This document shows positions 1 through 8,789 of a stretch of DNA of 52,449 nt, piece after piece. The notes beneath the pieces are model-generated. The model was not told the origin of the DNA, did not search any database, and worked only from the letters and a program-made list of their open reading frames with translations. Origin of the DNA: Candidatus Moranbacteria bacterium UBA1302 (GTDB lineage Bacteria > Patescibacteriota > Minisyncoccia > Moranbacterales > UBA1568); assembly GCA_002307715.1 (NCBI GenBank), contig DBUA01000035.1:1-52449 (forward strand). The letters run 5' to 3'. A program made the position numbers and the translations under genes. How positions within the stretch are numbered: the first letter of the stretch is position 1; every line of letters starts with the position of its first letter.

Positions 1-2
1 AT

Positions 3-899
3 CGTCCGGATGTGCTTGATCCGGCCCTGCTTCGCGCCGGGCGGTTTGAGCGTCGTGTAACGATGGATCTTCCTGATATACATGAGCGGGAACAGATATT
101 GGCGATACATGTTAAGAATAAGCCATTATCTGACAATGTTGATCTGCGAATATTAGCTGAGCGCACGCCCGGATTTTCTGGCGCTGACCTCGCTAATCTC
201 GTCAATGAAGGAGCAATCCTCGCTACGAGAAGGAATAAGAAGACAATAGATTTTGTAGAATTAGTTGAATCTATCGAAAAAGTTATACTTGGTCCAGAGC
301 GACGAAGTCGGGTTATAAGCGACCAAGAGCGCAAGACGATAGCATATCATGAGGCTGGACATGCTTTGATTGGAACGGTTCTTCCGAATGCTGATCCCGT
401 GCATAAAGTATCGATTATTTCTCGCGGACATGCTGGCGGATACACGCTCGCTGTTCCGCAAGAAGATAAAACGCTCCATACTAAAGCGTATTATCTGGAT
501 GAATTATCAGTGTTGCTCGGCGGTTACGCTAGTGAGCGCATGATATTTAGTGATACGACGACAGGTCCATCAAATGACCTTGAAAGAGCCACGCAGATGG
601 CTCGGAATATGGTTACACGTTATGGAATGAGTCGTTTAGGAGCGCGTACGTTCGGTAAAAAAGAAGAATTAGTATTTCTCGGACGTGAGATGCATGAAGA
701 ACGGAATTATTCTGAAAAGACAGCTCAAGACATTGATACTGAAGTGACATGCATGATTGATGAAGCTCTCAAGCGCGCAAGCGATATCTTGAGCCAGAAA
801 CGTGCATTGCTTGATAGGATTGCTCTTGAACTTCTTGAAAAGGAGACGATAGAAAAAGAGCGTTTTGATGCCATTGTAGCAGAAGAAACAAGAGACTAA
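3..899 (+). CDS. ftsH: ATP-dependent zinc metalloprotease FtsH, C-terminal part (5' end outside window)
   Basis: AAA SRH motif (RPDVLDPALLRAGRF), TPGFSGADLANLVNE lid, M41 zinc motif HEAGH; frame open from base 3. Confidence 0.97.
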   Translation, partial: RPDVLDPALLRAGRFERRVTMDLPDIHEREQILAIHVKNKPLSDNVDLRILAERTPGFSGADLANLVNEGAILATRRNKKTIDFVELVESIEKVILGPERRSRVISDQERKTIAYHEAGHALIGTVLPNADPVHKVSIISRGHAGGYTLAVPQEDKTLHTKAYYLDELSVLLGGYASERMIFSDTTTGPSNDLERATQMARNMVTRYGMSRLGARTFGKKEELVFLGREMHEERNYSEKTAQDIDTEVTCMIDEALKRASDILSQKRALLDRIALELLEKETIEKERFDAIVAEETRD

Positions 900-1050
900 T
901 AGGGACCGGTAGAATTTTTCGGCTTCTAGGCATTTTTGTTTGGAAGCCGAGTCTTGTTTTAGAGATGTAGAAGAGTACCCTTTACTTTTTAGAGATGAAT
1001 GGGTATACTGATGATTGTTACATTGAGTTTTTAGTATAAAATCAGTTTTT

Positions 1051-1124
1051 GGGCTTGTAGCTCAGTTGGTTAGAGCGCTACATTGACATTGTAGAGGTCT
1101 CCAGTTCGAATCTGGACAAGCCCA
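1051..1124 (+). tRNA. tRNA-Val(GAC)
   Basis: GGGCTTG/CAAGCCC acceptor stem, anticodon arm CTACA-TTGACAT-TGTAG, TTCGAAT T-loop; no encoded CCA. Confidence 0.96.
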
Positions 1125-1183
1125 CATGTAAGAATTCCCTTGTTGTCTAGGAAAATTCAGTGTATCTATTGGTATGCGCAAAA

Positions 1184-1214
1184 TAAAACCCCAAGAAATT
1201 TTCTTGGGGTTTTA
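1184..1214. terminator. bidirectional intrinsic terminator
   Basis: TAAAACCCCAAGAAA/TTTCTTGGGGTTTTA inverted repeat between convergent tRNA-Val and the 1229-2185 gene. Confidence 0.75.
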
Positions 1215-1228
1215 TAATTTGAAGTTTT

Positions 1229-2185
1229 TTAATAGCTGAGTAATGCTGCTGGACCACTTGTACTGACAGATGATTTGAGAGAGGTGCTTGTTTGGCTACT
1301 GACATTGTTGATTTCGCGCTGTATGCTTGACTGTACTTGACCGATACCTTGTTGTACAAGACGATTGATAGTTTGATTAACGGTCGATGTTACGACTCCA
1401 GAAAGAAATTCAGCCGGATTTGAAGCGTTGGCAATAATATCGTTGCCCATGTTTTGCACGCGTGTCGTTATTGCTTCAATAGATCCTGCCGGAGCTATGA
1501 CTTTCCCATTGCTCTGCACAGGAAGAAATCCACCACTTGATTGCGCTTGAACTTCTGCAGTCTTTTGGTTTTCAGCGAGTTTCTTCTGATAAGCATTTTC
1601 AGCTAATAGCGTATAACCGTAAGGGTTGTTCGCTGGATTTGAGAAAAAGGCATTGAATCCTCTCCAATTTCCTTCTGAAAACATTGTTGACGGACTTGAA
1701 GCATAGCTATCAAGATCATACTGAATCGTAGTTGTTCCGCTGTTGACAGTCGCTTGTTTTGCCATTGAGACGAGATATTGAGTATAATTTCCACCTAAAC
1801 CAGAAGAGACATCACCAGCACTGATGTAGTTAGAGGAAGATGACTTTCCTCGTGTCGAAAGCGTAAAAAAATCATTCATGTAGAGGTTCGTTTTTTGTCG
1901 TGGCGTTTGATAAAGAAAGCTATTGTAGTCTGTTATGAAAAGTGCTTGCCCAGAGCTCCCGCCGACAAGTTGGTTGATTTGGCTATTGAGCAATTGTACG
2001 GCCGCGACTTTAAGTGACCCGAGAAGTACGCCTTGGATTTGATCATAAATTTTTTCCATGGCCTGCTTCATGATAGTGGCAGCCATAGTTGTCCCCCAAA
2101 CGTCAGCATGCGCTTGTGGAGCAGAAAAAACTAACAAGAAAGAAAAGGAAAGGAGTAAAGCTGACGATGTGATAATTTTTTTCAT
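1229..2185 (-). CDS. hypothetical exported protein, Ser/Gln/Asn-rich
   Basis: 318-aa ORF with signal peptide (MKKII...AHA|D); no recognisable catalytic motif. Confidence 0.8.
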   Translation of the reverse strand: MKKIITSSALLLSFSFLLVFSAPQAHADVWGTTMAATIMKQAMEKIYDQIQGVLLGSLKVAAVQLLNSQINQLVGGSSGQALFITDYNSFLYQTPRQKTNLYMNDFFTLSTRGKSSSSNYISAGDVSSGLGGNYTQYLVSMAKQATVNSGTTTIQYDLDSYASSPSTMFSEGNWRGFNAFFSNPANNPYGYTLLAENAYQKKLAENQKTAEVQAQSSGGFLPVQSNGKVIAPAGSIEAITTRVQNMGNDIIANASNPAEFLSGVVTSTVNQTINRLVQQGIGQVQSSIQREINNVSSQTSTSLKSSVSTSGPAALLSY

Positions 2186-2221
2186 AAAAATCGTATATTC
2201 GACCTGATCCTTATATGTTCA

Positions 2222-3214
2222 TCAAAGATTGATAGGTAATTCGTCAATCCCGTATTCGGAGAGTTTTTTGCTTACTTCATCTGAAAAAGATATAGACGCT
2301 CCAATGAATCCTTGAGCTTTAGATAGAATTGCTATTTGGCCGATCGGATCGTCCTGTGTTGGTTTCAATTCATTTTTAAGCTGTGATGCATAGAGAGCCA
2401 TTCGGAGCGCTTTTATATGCACATCGAGCATTTCTTCCGGCACCTCTATGTCTTTGATCCCTTTGAATAATTCGTCTCCTTTATCACTGAGCTGATCGAG
2501 ATAACTCATATCTCCCGATGCAAGAGCTGAAATTGATGAGCTTGATAGAGTATCGAGCATATTACTGAAATCATCACCGGTATGGAATGACGTCGGAGAA
2601 TTGTTGGCGATAAGATACGAGACTGAGGTGAGATATTCAGTAGCGTCCTCTTTTTTGGCCTCTTTTTCTGCTTTTGTCCCTAGTTTTTTTGAGGGAGATT
2701 TCTTTATTTTAATGTCAGACATGTTTATTTCAGGCAAAATCACTTCTGAAGTACTCCCGTTCATTATATTTTGGACGGCTGTATTGACTTGCTCTACAGA
2801 GACCGCCTCGTCACCTGAACTATTTTTTATAACTTTTGCAATTTCATTTGAAACCTGTTCCGTTAAGTTAGTATTATTTACATTGGCGGAAGCATCGGTA
2901 ACGTTTGTTGATGATGAAACGGTAACGATTTTGTCTCCAGGAGCTTTTTTCAGAGGATTATAACCGCTTAAAACTTCAACTCCATCAGAATAGCCATCCC
3001 CGTCAGAATCTTTGTTATAGGGATCTGTGCCGTAAAGTGACTCTTCGTCGTTGCTGAGCCCATCCCCGTCAGAATCTTGAAATATGTTTTTTCCTGAAAC
3101 TGAATCATCAGCAAGAACAAAAAAAGCCATACTGAAAAACAGCAGGCCTGAGAACACAAACAACGAAACGCGCACACTCTTCGCAGAAATTTCGCGAAAG
3201 AATGATGGAATCAT
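2222..3214 (-). CDS. exported protein with thrombospondin type-3-like (DxDxDG) Ca-binding repeats
   Basis: N-terminal hydrophobic segment; DSDGDGLSNDEE...GTDP..DSDGDGYSDGVE...GYNP. Confidence 0.82.
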   Translation of the reverse strand: MIPSFFREISAKSVRVSLFVFSGLLFFSMAFFVLADDSVSGKNIFQDSDGDGLSNDEESLYGTDPYNKDSDGDGYSDGVEVLSGYNPLKKAPGDKIVTVSSSTNVTDASANVNNTNLTEQVSNEIAKVIKNSSGDEAVSVEQVNTAVQNIMNGSTSEVILPEINMSDIKIKKSPSKKLGTKAEKEAKKEDATEYLTSVSYLIANNSPTSFHTGDDFSNMLDTLSSSSISALASGDMSYLDQLSDKGDELFKGIKDIEVPEEMLDVHIKALRMALYASQLKNELKPTQDDPIGQIAILSKAQGFIGASISFSDEVSKKLSEYGIDELPINL

Positions 3215-3339
3215 AGTACAATAATGTTGGTATGTATATCTATGTATCTAGTATATCATTTTTTTCTTTTTTTTGCAATTATATCTTTTTAAGATATATT
3301 ATATAATAAATATAAGATTATGTCAATTTATTAGATGAA

Positions 3340-3582
3340 TGTTCCACGTGGAACAATTAAATATCATAAATAACTTATTGAGTTTATTTTTTAATTGTTC
3401 CACGTGGAACAATAAGCATTTTTTAGAATAGTAAAACAGTATTCTTTATGTGTTGTTCCACGTAGAATATATTTATTTTTTAGGTTTTTATTTATATTAT
3501 TTTTTAATTGTTCCACGTGGAACAATAAGCATTTTTTAGAATAGTAAAACAGTATTCTTTATGTGTTGTTCCACGTAGAACA
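3340..3582. repeat. parS: cluster of five parS-type palindromes (ParB loading sites) in an AT-rich intergenic region
   Basis: TGTTCCACGTGGAACA at 3340, 3396, 3509; variants TGTTCCACGTAGAATA at 3454 and TGTTCCACGTAGAACA at 3567; close to the chromosomal parS consensus TGTTNCACGTGAAACA. Confidence 0.88.
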
Positions 3583-3603
3583 ATAAGTATAAGTTATTAT
3601 TTA

Positions 3604-3680
3604 TTGACAATTATTTATATTTATTTTATAATATTAATAACAATAATATATTGACTAAATACTATAAATACAGGTATTAT
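3604..3680 (+). promoter_or_regulatory. tandem sigma70-type promoters for tRNA-Ala/tRNA-Arg/rbfA
   Basis: TTGACA(3604)-17nt-TATAAT(3627) and TTGACT(3651)-18nt-TATTAT(3675). Confidence 0.6.
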
Positions 3681-3704
3681 TAGTTGGTATAAAAAGAAGA
3701 GAAA

Positions 3705-3777
3705 GGGCCTGTAGCTTAGTTGGTAGAGCGCCTCCATGGCATGGAGGAGGTCAGGAGTTCGAGTCTCCTCAGGTCCA
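3705..3777 (+). tRNA. tRNA-Ala(GGC)
   Basis: cloverleaf, G3:U70 pair, anticodon arm CCTCC-ATGGCAT-GGAGG. Confidence 0.96.
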
Positions 3778-3825
3778 CATTTTTGGCTTTTCATACATAA
3801 ATACCGTTAAAACGGTAAAGAATAA

Positions 3826-3897
3826 GCCTCCATAGCTCAATGGATAGAGCTATCGCGTCCTAAGCGAGAGATCTAGGTTCGATTCCTGGTGGGGGCA
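3826..3897 (+). tRNA. tRNA-Arg(CCT)
   Basis: GCCTCCA/TGGGGGC acceptor stem, anticodon loop GTCCTAA, GGTTCGATTCC T-arm. Confidence 0.93.
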
Positions 3898-3925
3898 CTA
3901 TCCAATAGATTATCATTTTTTATTT

Positions 3926-4261
3926 ATGGCATCATTTAGAGTTACAAAAGTAAATGAATTGATTCGACAGCAGTTGTCTGAGATAATAAATCGAGAATTA
4001 TCCCTTAAACCAGGGGTTTTTATTACTCTTTCTAAAGTTGACACATCAAAAGATCTCAGGTATACTCGGATGTTCGTGAGTGTTTTTCCGGAAGAAGAGT
4101 CTCATTACATTGTTGAAACTCTTAAAAAGGAATTGGGAGGCCTTCAAAAGAAACTTCACGAGAAACTTTATATGAAGCCTTTACCAAAGCTTTCTTTTGA
4201 AATAGATGGTACAGAGAAAGAAGCAGATAAAGTAGAAAAGATTTTGAAGGAGCTTTTTTAA
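3926..4261 (+). CDS. rbfA: 30S ribosome-binding factor A
   Basis: RVTKVNELIRQQLSEII, VDTSKDLRY, PKLSFEID typical of RbfA. Confidence 0.93.
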   Translation: MASFRVTKVNELIRQQLSEIINRELSLKPGVFITLSKVDTSKDLRYTRMFVSVFPEEESHYIVETLKKELGGLQKKLHEKLYMKPLPKLSFEIDGTEKEADKVEKILKELF

Positions 4262-4285
4262 GGAAAATGGACTTATCCACAGGTT

Positions 4286-5245
4286 ATGCAGTGTTTTGAT
4301 GCGGAATTTCGAAATCTTGGATATGTCGTGAAAAAATCAGACCGTATTTTGCTTATCGCGCATAGTAGGCCGGATCCGGATACGGTTGGATCTAATGTCG
4401 CTTTATGTGAATATCTTGAATCTCAAGGGAAAAAGACTGATATAGCCTGCTATGATTTTTTCCCTGAAATCATGAAAGGATTGAGTGGGAGACGTTTTGT
4501 TCATCCAGATCATGTAGATTTCGATTCTTATGACGCGATTATTGCCTGCGATAGCGTTGATCGAGGTTTTGATAAGATGATTGGAAATGTTAGTTCTGAA
4601 CAAGTAGTTGTATTGATTGACCATCATCCGGATATAGAATTAGAAGCAGATATCCGTATTGTTGATGTGGAATATTCATCAGCATCAGAATTAGTATATC
4701 TTTTTCTTGAATCAGTTGGAGCCTTGATAACAAAAAGTATGGCGAGCCTCTTGCTTTCGGGTATATTGTTCGACACAGGAAGCTTTCAACATTCGAATGT
4801 TACTCCACGCGTTATGGAGATAGCATCTTGTCTTGTAAAGAAAGGCGCTCCACTCCAAAAAATTACGCAAACTATATTTTCGAATCAGGATGTAGCAGCT
4901 CTTCGTTTGTGGGGAAAAGCTTTTGAAAAAGCAAAATTGAATCCTTTAAACGGAATGATAATGACAGCTGTTACGAAAAAAGATGTTGAAGAGTGCGGGG
5001 CTTCAGCCGATGATATTTATCAAGTGACATCGATATTGAGTACGGTTCCTGATGCAAGATTCGCGCTTGTGCTTTCGGAACGCGATCATGGGATGATAAG
5101 AGCTAGTCTTCGGTCTACAGATTGTTCTAATTTTGATGTTTCGGATATAGCAAAAAGATTCGGTGGTGGTGGGCATAGATTGGCGAGTGGTTTTGAACTT
5201 CCTGGGCGTATTATCGAGACGGAATCAGGTTTTATGGTAGTATGA
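4286..5245 (+). CDS. nrnA: DHH/DHHA1 phosphoesterase (nanoRNase NrnA-like)
   Basis: HSRPDPD, IDHH, DTGSF and GGGGH motifs; follows rbfA as in many bacteria. Confidence 0.88.
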   Translation: MQCFDAEFRNLGYVVKKSDRILLIAHSRPDPDTVGSNVALCEYLESQGKKTDIACYDFFPEIMKGLSGRRFVHPDHVDFDSYDAIIACDSVDRGFDKMIGNVSSEQVVVLIDHHPDIELEADIRIVDVEYSSASELVYLFLESVGALITKSMASLLLSGILFDTGSFQHSNVTPRVMEIASCLVKKGAPLQKITQTIFSNQDVAALRLWGKAFEKAKLNPLNGMIMTAVTKKDVEECGASADDIYQVTSILSTVPDARFALVLSERDHGMIRASLRSTDCSNFDVSDIAKRFGGGGHRLASGFELPGRIIETESGFMVV

Positions 5246-5275
5246 ACCGTATAGCGATCCTAGATTTTTTGAAGT

Positions 5276-5851
5276 ATGGACCAAAAAAAGCGTCTTGATC
5301 AAGCGCAAATCAAGTGGAGGGATATGTGCGATTGTTCTCTTCGGAATCAATGTACGCAAGCCGTATTTGGAGAAGGAAATGCTGAGGCAGATATCGTTTT
5401 CATAGGTGAAGCTCCCGGAAAGAATGAAGATATCCAAGGGCGTCCATTTATCGGAGCGGCAGGAAAATTTCTTTCTGAAATGTTGGCGATTATCGGATTG
5501 AAACGCGAGGATGTTTATATTACGAATATCGTGAAATATCGTCCGCCTGAAAATCGTGACCCTGTTCCAGAAGAAATCGAAGCATGTTCGTTGTGGCTTT
5601 ATGAAGAACTTTCAATTATCGATCCGAAGCTGATTGTTATGTTGGGACGGCATGCTCTTGAGCATTTTGTCCCAGGAAAGAAAATATCTGAAGCACATGG
5701 AAAAACGTTTCGTTTGATATTCAACGGACGTGAGCGCTCTTTTTTTGCTTTGTATCATCCGGCCGCTGCTTTGTATAATGGAGGGATGCGGCAGACCTTG
5801 ATTGAAGATTTTAAGAAAATCTCGAAGGTAATTTCGAAGATGGAAAAATAA
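5276..5851 (+). CDS. uracil-DNA glycosylase, family 4
   Basis: GEAPGKNED, PFIGAAG, YITNIVKYRPPENRDP, HPAA motifs; Cys ligands consistent with an Fe-S cluster. Confidence 0.93.
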   Translation: MDQKKRLDQAQIKWRDMCDCSLRNQCTQAVFGEGNAEADIVFIGEAPGKNEDIQGRPFIGAAGKFLSEMLAIIGLKREDVYITNIVKYRPPENRDPVPEEIEACSLWLYEELSIIDPKLIVMLGRHALEHFVPGKKISEAHGKTFRLIFNGRERSFFALYHPAAALYNGGMRQTLIEDFKKISKVISKMEK

Positions 5852-5877
5852 AAACCGGATGAACATCCGGTTTTTTT
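5850..5877. terminator. bidirectional intrinsic terminator
   Basis: AAAAACCGGATG-AA-CATCCGGTTTTTTT. Confidence 0.75.
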
Positions 5878-5878
5878 G

Positions 5879-5961
5879 TGCCGCGGGAGAGACTCGAACT
5901 CTCACGATCTTACGATCCGCGGATTTTAAGTCCGCTGCGTCTACCATTCCGCCACCACGGC
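5879..5961 (-). tRNA. tRNA-Leu(TAA)
   Basis: reverse complement GCCGTGGTGGCGGAATGGTAGACGCA, anticodon arm GCGGA-CTTAAAA-TCCGC, long variable arm. Confidence 0.96.
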
Positions 5962-5973
5962 GATGTCATTTTG

Positions 5974-6044
5974 AGGTCGCGTCCGGAGTCGAACCGGAGT
6001 AAAAGGTTTTGCAGACCTGTGCCTAACCGCTCGGCCACGCGACC
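5974..6044 (-). tRNA. tRNA-Cys(GCA)
   Basis: GGTCGCG/CGCGACC acceptor stem, loop CTGCAAA, U73 discriminator. Confidence 0.95.
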
Positions 6045-6140
6045 GCTAATGTACTTTCCAAGCCTATCAAATAGACTAAGAAGCGTCAATCGTATAAGAA
6101 AACCCCTCAAGTTTTTATCGGAGGGGTTTTCATCTTTAAT

Positions 6141-6710
6141 TTAGTGAACGACTTCGGCTAACAGGTGTTGACGCCCGAAAGTAAAAGCCTCTTTTTTTGT
6201 TTCTACATAGATATCTATGCGGTTTCCTTTTATAGCACCTCCGCGATCTTCACATCGATATTCGCCAACGCCATTGATACGTATTTTTGTACCGAATGGG
6301 AAGTTGGGAGGACAAGCAATGGTTCGTTTTTCAGTTACTTTTAGTCCTGATGCAGTAACACCATCGTCTTTTCCGCATTCGTCGGCTGCGGCGGTATAGG
6401 CAGAAACATTCACTTTGAATGGTTCAGTGGGAAGATTATCCCACAAATCGGCTTGTTTTTCTTTCCATCGATCGAGAAGTTCGTTCTCTATCGAATGGAT
6501 AGTTTTTGTATCAGAATCCTCGGTATTTTCCATGCGGAGAGTCCATTCAAGTAAAAAAGGATCATTCCGAAAATCATAAGCATCGGAAGAGGATTGATCG
6601 AGCAGGAGAGGCGTATCTATGGAATCTGCATGGACAGAACTTACTCCTATAAAGAAGAAAATAACCCCAAAAATCGTCTGAATGATATGGATTCCTTTCG
6701 GAAAACGCAT
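6141..6710 (-). CDS. exported 3D-domain protein (putative peptidoglycan lytic enzyme)
   Basis: signal peptide; SAYT, GVTASG, IACPPNFPFGTKI, EDRGGAIKGNRIDIY 3D-domain motifs. Confidence 0.9.
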   Translation of the reverse strand: MRFPKGIHIIQTIFGVIFFFIGVSSVHADSIDTPLLLDQSSSDAYDFRNDPFLLEWTLRMENTEDSDTKTIHSIENELLDRWKEKQADLWDNLPTEPFKVNVSAYTAAADECGKDDGVTASGLKVTEKRTIACPPNFPFGTKIRINGVGEYRCEDRGGAIKGNRIDIYVETKKEAFTFGRQHLLAEVVH

Positions 6711-6779
6711 AAAGTGCTCTTACGTGTAAACCGTTTTTTCCGTAGAAATTGCGGGCCGCCTGGTTTGAGGCAACTTGAG

Positions 6780-6808
6780 ATATTAGCATAAAATAAAAAA
6801 AGAGTCAA
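6780..6808 (-). promoter_or_regulatory. sigma70-type promoter of the 3D-domain gene
   Basis: minus strand TTGACT-17nt-TAATAT with extended TG. Confidence 0.55.
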
Positions 6809-6988
6809 GACTGAAAATATACTATTTGGCTTAACAAAGCCAAATAGTATATTTAAAGCTTATATAAGCCACTATGTGGATATCTAGTGGAAAAGAAAAA
6901 AACTTTTGAAAATAAAAATTTATACAATATAAAATGGCTTATAAAAGCCATTTTATTAGTTATACACGAGTTATACAGTTGTGGACAG

Positions 6989-7789
6989 TCATTGTTCTTC
7001 GGGAATTATAGCGCGAGATGTTCGGTTTCTTCCAGATTCTTTTGCAGTGTAAAGTGCTTTATCTGCGAGTTGTATCAAATAGCTGACCCATTGTTTTGTG
7101 GTCGCCTTATCGAATGGTTCCGGTTTTTTTAATTGGTCAGTTCCAATATATCCAATACTGATAGTCTTATGGAGAGTATGTGAGCCACTTTCTCCTGATA
7201 TTTCAAAAGGCGTTTTTTCAACGTTCGCCCGTATTTTTTCGGCAATTTCTGATGCTATAGCTGATGTCGCATCGGGAAGGAAAACGACAAACTCCTCTCC
7301 GCCGTAGCGGTAAACGATATCTGAAGAACGCACAGTCTTGTCGATAATTTCAGCAATCTTTTGAAGAGCCTGATCTCCAGCATCGTGTCCGTAAGTATCG
7401 TTTACGCTTTTGAAGTGGTCAAAATCGAGCATAAGAAAGGAACATTCTTTGCCTTCTCGATGTTCCATAGTAAGGAGTTGAGGTGTTTCTTCAAGAAAAG
7501 CGTTTTTGTTGCGCATTCCAGTGAGTTTATCGGTCCATCGTTCCTGTTCAGCTTCTTTTCGAAACATAGCTTGGTCTGAATAATCATCAGCAAGCGTGCC
7601 GATCATATCGGGGCTAACATGAGCTTGAGCAAGACGTTCGCGGAAATCGCCCTCTTGTTGCGCTAATTCATAAACAGAATCCTCGTATTTATTGTCATGA
7701 TCTCGTAGAGACTCTACGCGTTTACGCTTTTCATTTTTTTGTTCTCCTGTTTTGTCAGTATCTATTAGTGGCTTTACATGTTCAAACAT
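6989..7789 (-). CDS. GGDEF-domain diguanylate cyclase
   Basis: DKLTG, DFDHFKSVNDTYGHDAGD, RYGGEEF, ADKALYTAKESGRNR; N-terminal charged helical region. Confidence 0.93.
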   Translation of the reverse strand: MFEHVKPLIDTDKTGEQKNEKRKRVESLRDHDNKYEDSVYELAQQEGDFRERLAQAHVSPDMIGTLADDYSDQAMFRKEAEQERWTDKLTGMRNKNAFLEETPQLLTMEHREGKECSFLMLDFDHFKSVNDTYGHDAGDQALQKIAEIIDKTVRSSDIVYRYGGEEFVVFLPDATSAIASEIAEKIRANVEKTPFEISGESGSHTLHKTISIGYIGTDQLKKPEPFDKATTKQWVSYLIQLADKALYTAKESGRNRTSRAIIPEEQ

Positions 7790-8228
7790 AATGTAACAAT
7801 AATTGGATATGAGACTATTTTATCACAAAAATTAGAAAAAATTTGTGAGTATAGATTTTTGATCGTTAGAGTTGTCAGTTAAGAAATAGATGAAGATCTC
7901 ATCAAGGAGATTTCAATGGTGAACTTCTATGCTAATTATGAATGTTCCGTATCGGGGGGAGCTACTTTGTTACCGGAGTACCAGAACTATTGAAGCACTG
8001 AAATGAGAAAGAAATGAGTCGTGCATCAAGTAGTTTTAAAATTTACGAGAGAGATGACCATCCTTTTTTAGGGAAAGAGTATGCGTATCATTCTGAAACA
8101 ATTTAGCGGAAGTTTTTAGCTAGACAACATATTTGGTTCAACCTTGATGAACTCGCTTTCAGGTAAGGCCTAGACTCGTTTTCCCCCATATAAAAAAGAG
8201 GCCTATGAAAGCCTCTTTTCTAAACCTG

Positions 8229-8300
8229 AGCGGGTAACGGGAGTCGAACCCGTATCTTAACCATGGCAAGGTTACATAATAGCCGCTATACGATACCCGC
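8229..8300 (-). tRNA. tRNA-Gly(GCC)
   Basis: GCGGGTA/TACCCGC acceptor stem, anticodon arm TAACC-TTGCCAT-GGTTA. Confidence 0.95.
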
Positions 8301-8361
8301 ATTGTTCTATTGTACAAAAGACATTTATTTCAAGCAAATATCTTTTGAGTTTTCTTGTGTG

Positions 8362-8434
8362 TGGGTCCGGCTGGATTTGAACCAGCGACCAAGCGGTTAT
8401 GAGCCGCCTGCTCTAACCGCTGAGCTACGGACCC
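8362..8434 (-). tRNA. tRNA with CAT anticodon (probably Ile2, possibly elongator Met)
   Basis: GGGTCCG/CGGACCC acceptor stem, loop CTCATAA; paired G1-C72 argues against initiator. Confidence 0.9.
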
Positions 8435-8472
8435 GTCAGCATCCAGAAAATTCTTCTCTTATTGTTCGTATG

Positions 8473-8544
<72 letters not shown>

Positions 8545-8570
8545 GGCAATTTCTTGTACAATCATTCTAG

Positions 8571-8644
8571 TGCGTGCTGAGGGACTCGAACCCCCGACCC
8601 TCTCGGTGTAAACGAGATGCTCTAACCAACTGAGCTAAGCACGC
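8571..8644 (-). tRNA. tRNA-Val(TAC)
   Basis: GCGTGCT/AGCACGC acceptor stem, anticodon arm TCTCG-TTTACAC-CGAGA. Confidence 0.96.
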
Positions 8645-8688
8645 TACTCTCGATTTCCGGAAGATCCGTTTCTATCCTATTCATACTG

Positions 8689-8772
8689 TGCCCAGAAGAG
8701 GACTCGAACCTCCAATCCCTTGCGGGAACTAGCACCTCAAGCTAGCGCGTATACCAATTCCGCCATCTGGGC
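8689..8772 (-). tRNA. tRNA-Leu(GAG)
   Basis: GCCCAGA/TCTGGGC acceptor stem, anticodon arm CTAGC-TTGAGGT-GCTAG, long variable arm. Confidence 0.96.
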
Positions 8773-8789
8773 AGATGGAGAGGCTTTGA

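Noticed and set aside
3300..3328. dif site (TTATGTCAATT resembles a XerD arm)
   Set aside because: No matching XerC arm ending in ATAA at a 6-bp spacing; very AT-rich context; adjacency to parS argues against a terminus
3340..3582. CRISPR array (palindromic repeats with ~40-bp spacers)
   Set aside because: Repeats are only 16-20 bp and match parS; spacers are AT-rich and two are identical; no cas genes in the window
5878..6144. ORFs overlapping tRNA genes (also 8263-8580)
   Set aside because: Shadows of tRNA sequences
6815..6988. oriC
   Set aside because: Boxes are degenerate, dnaA is absent, and the + strand looks G/T-rich on both sides with no visible skew switch; kept only as an unexplained binding locus
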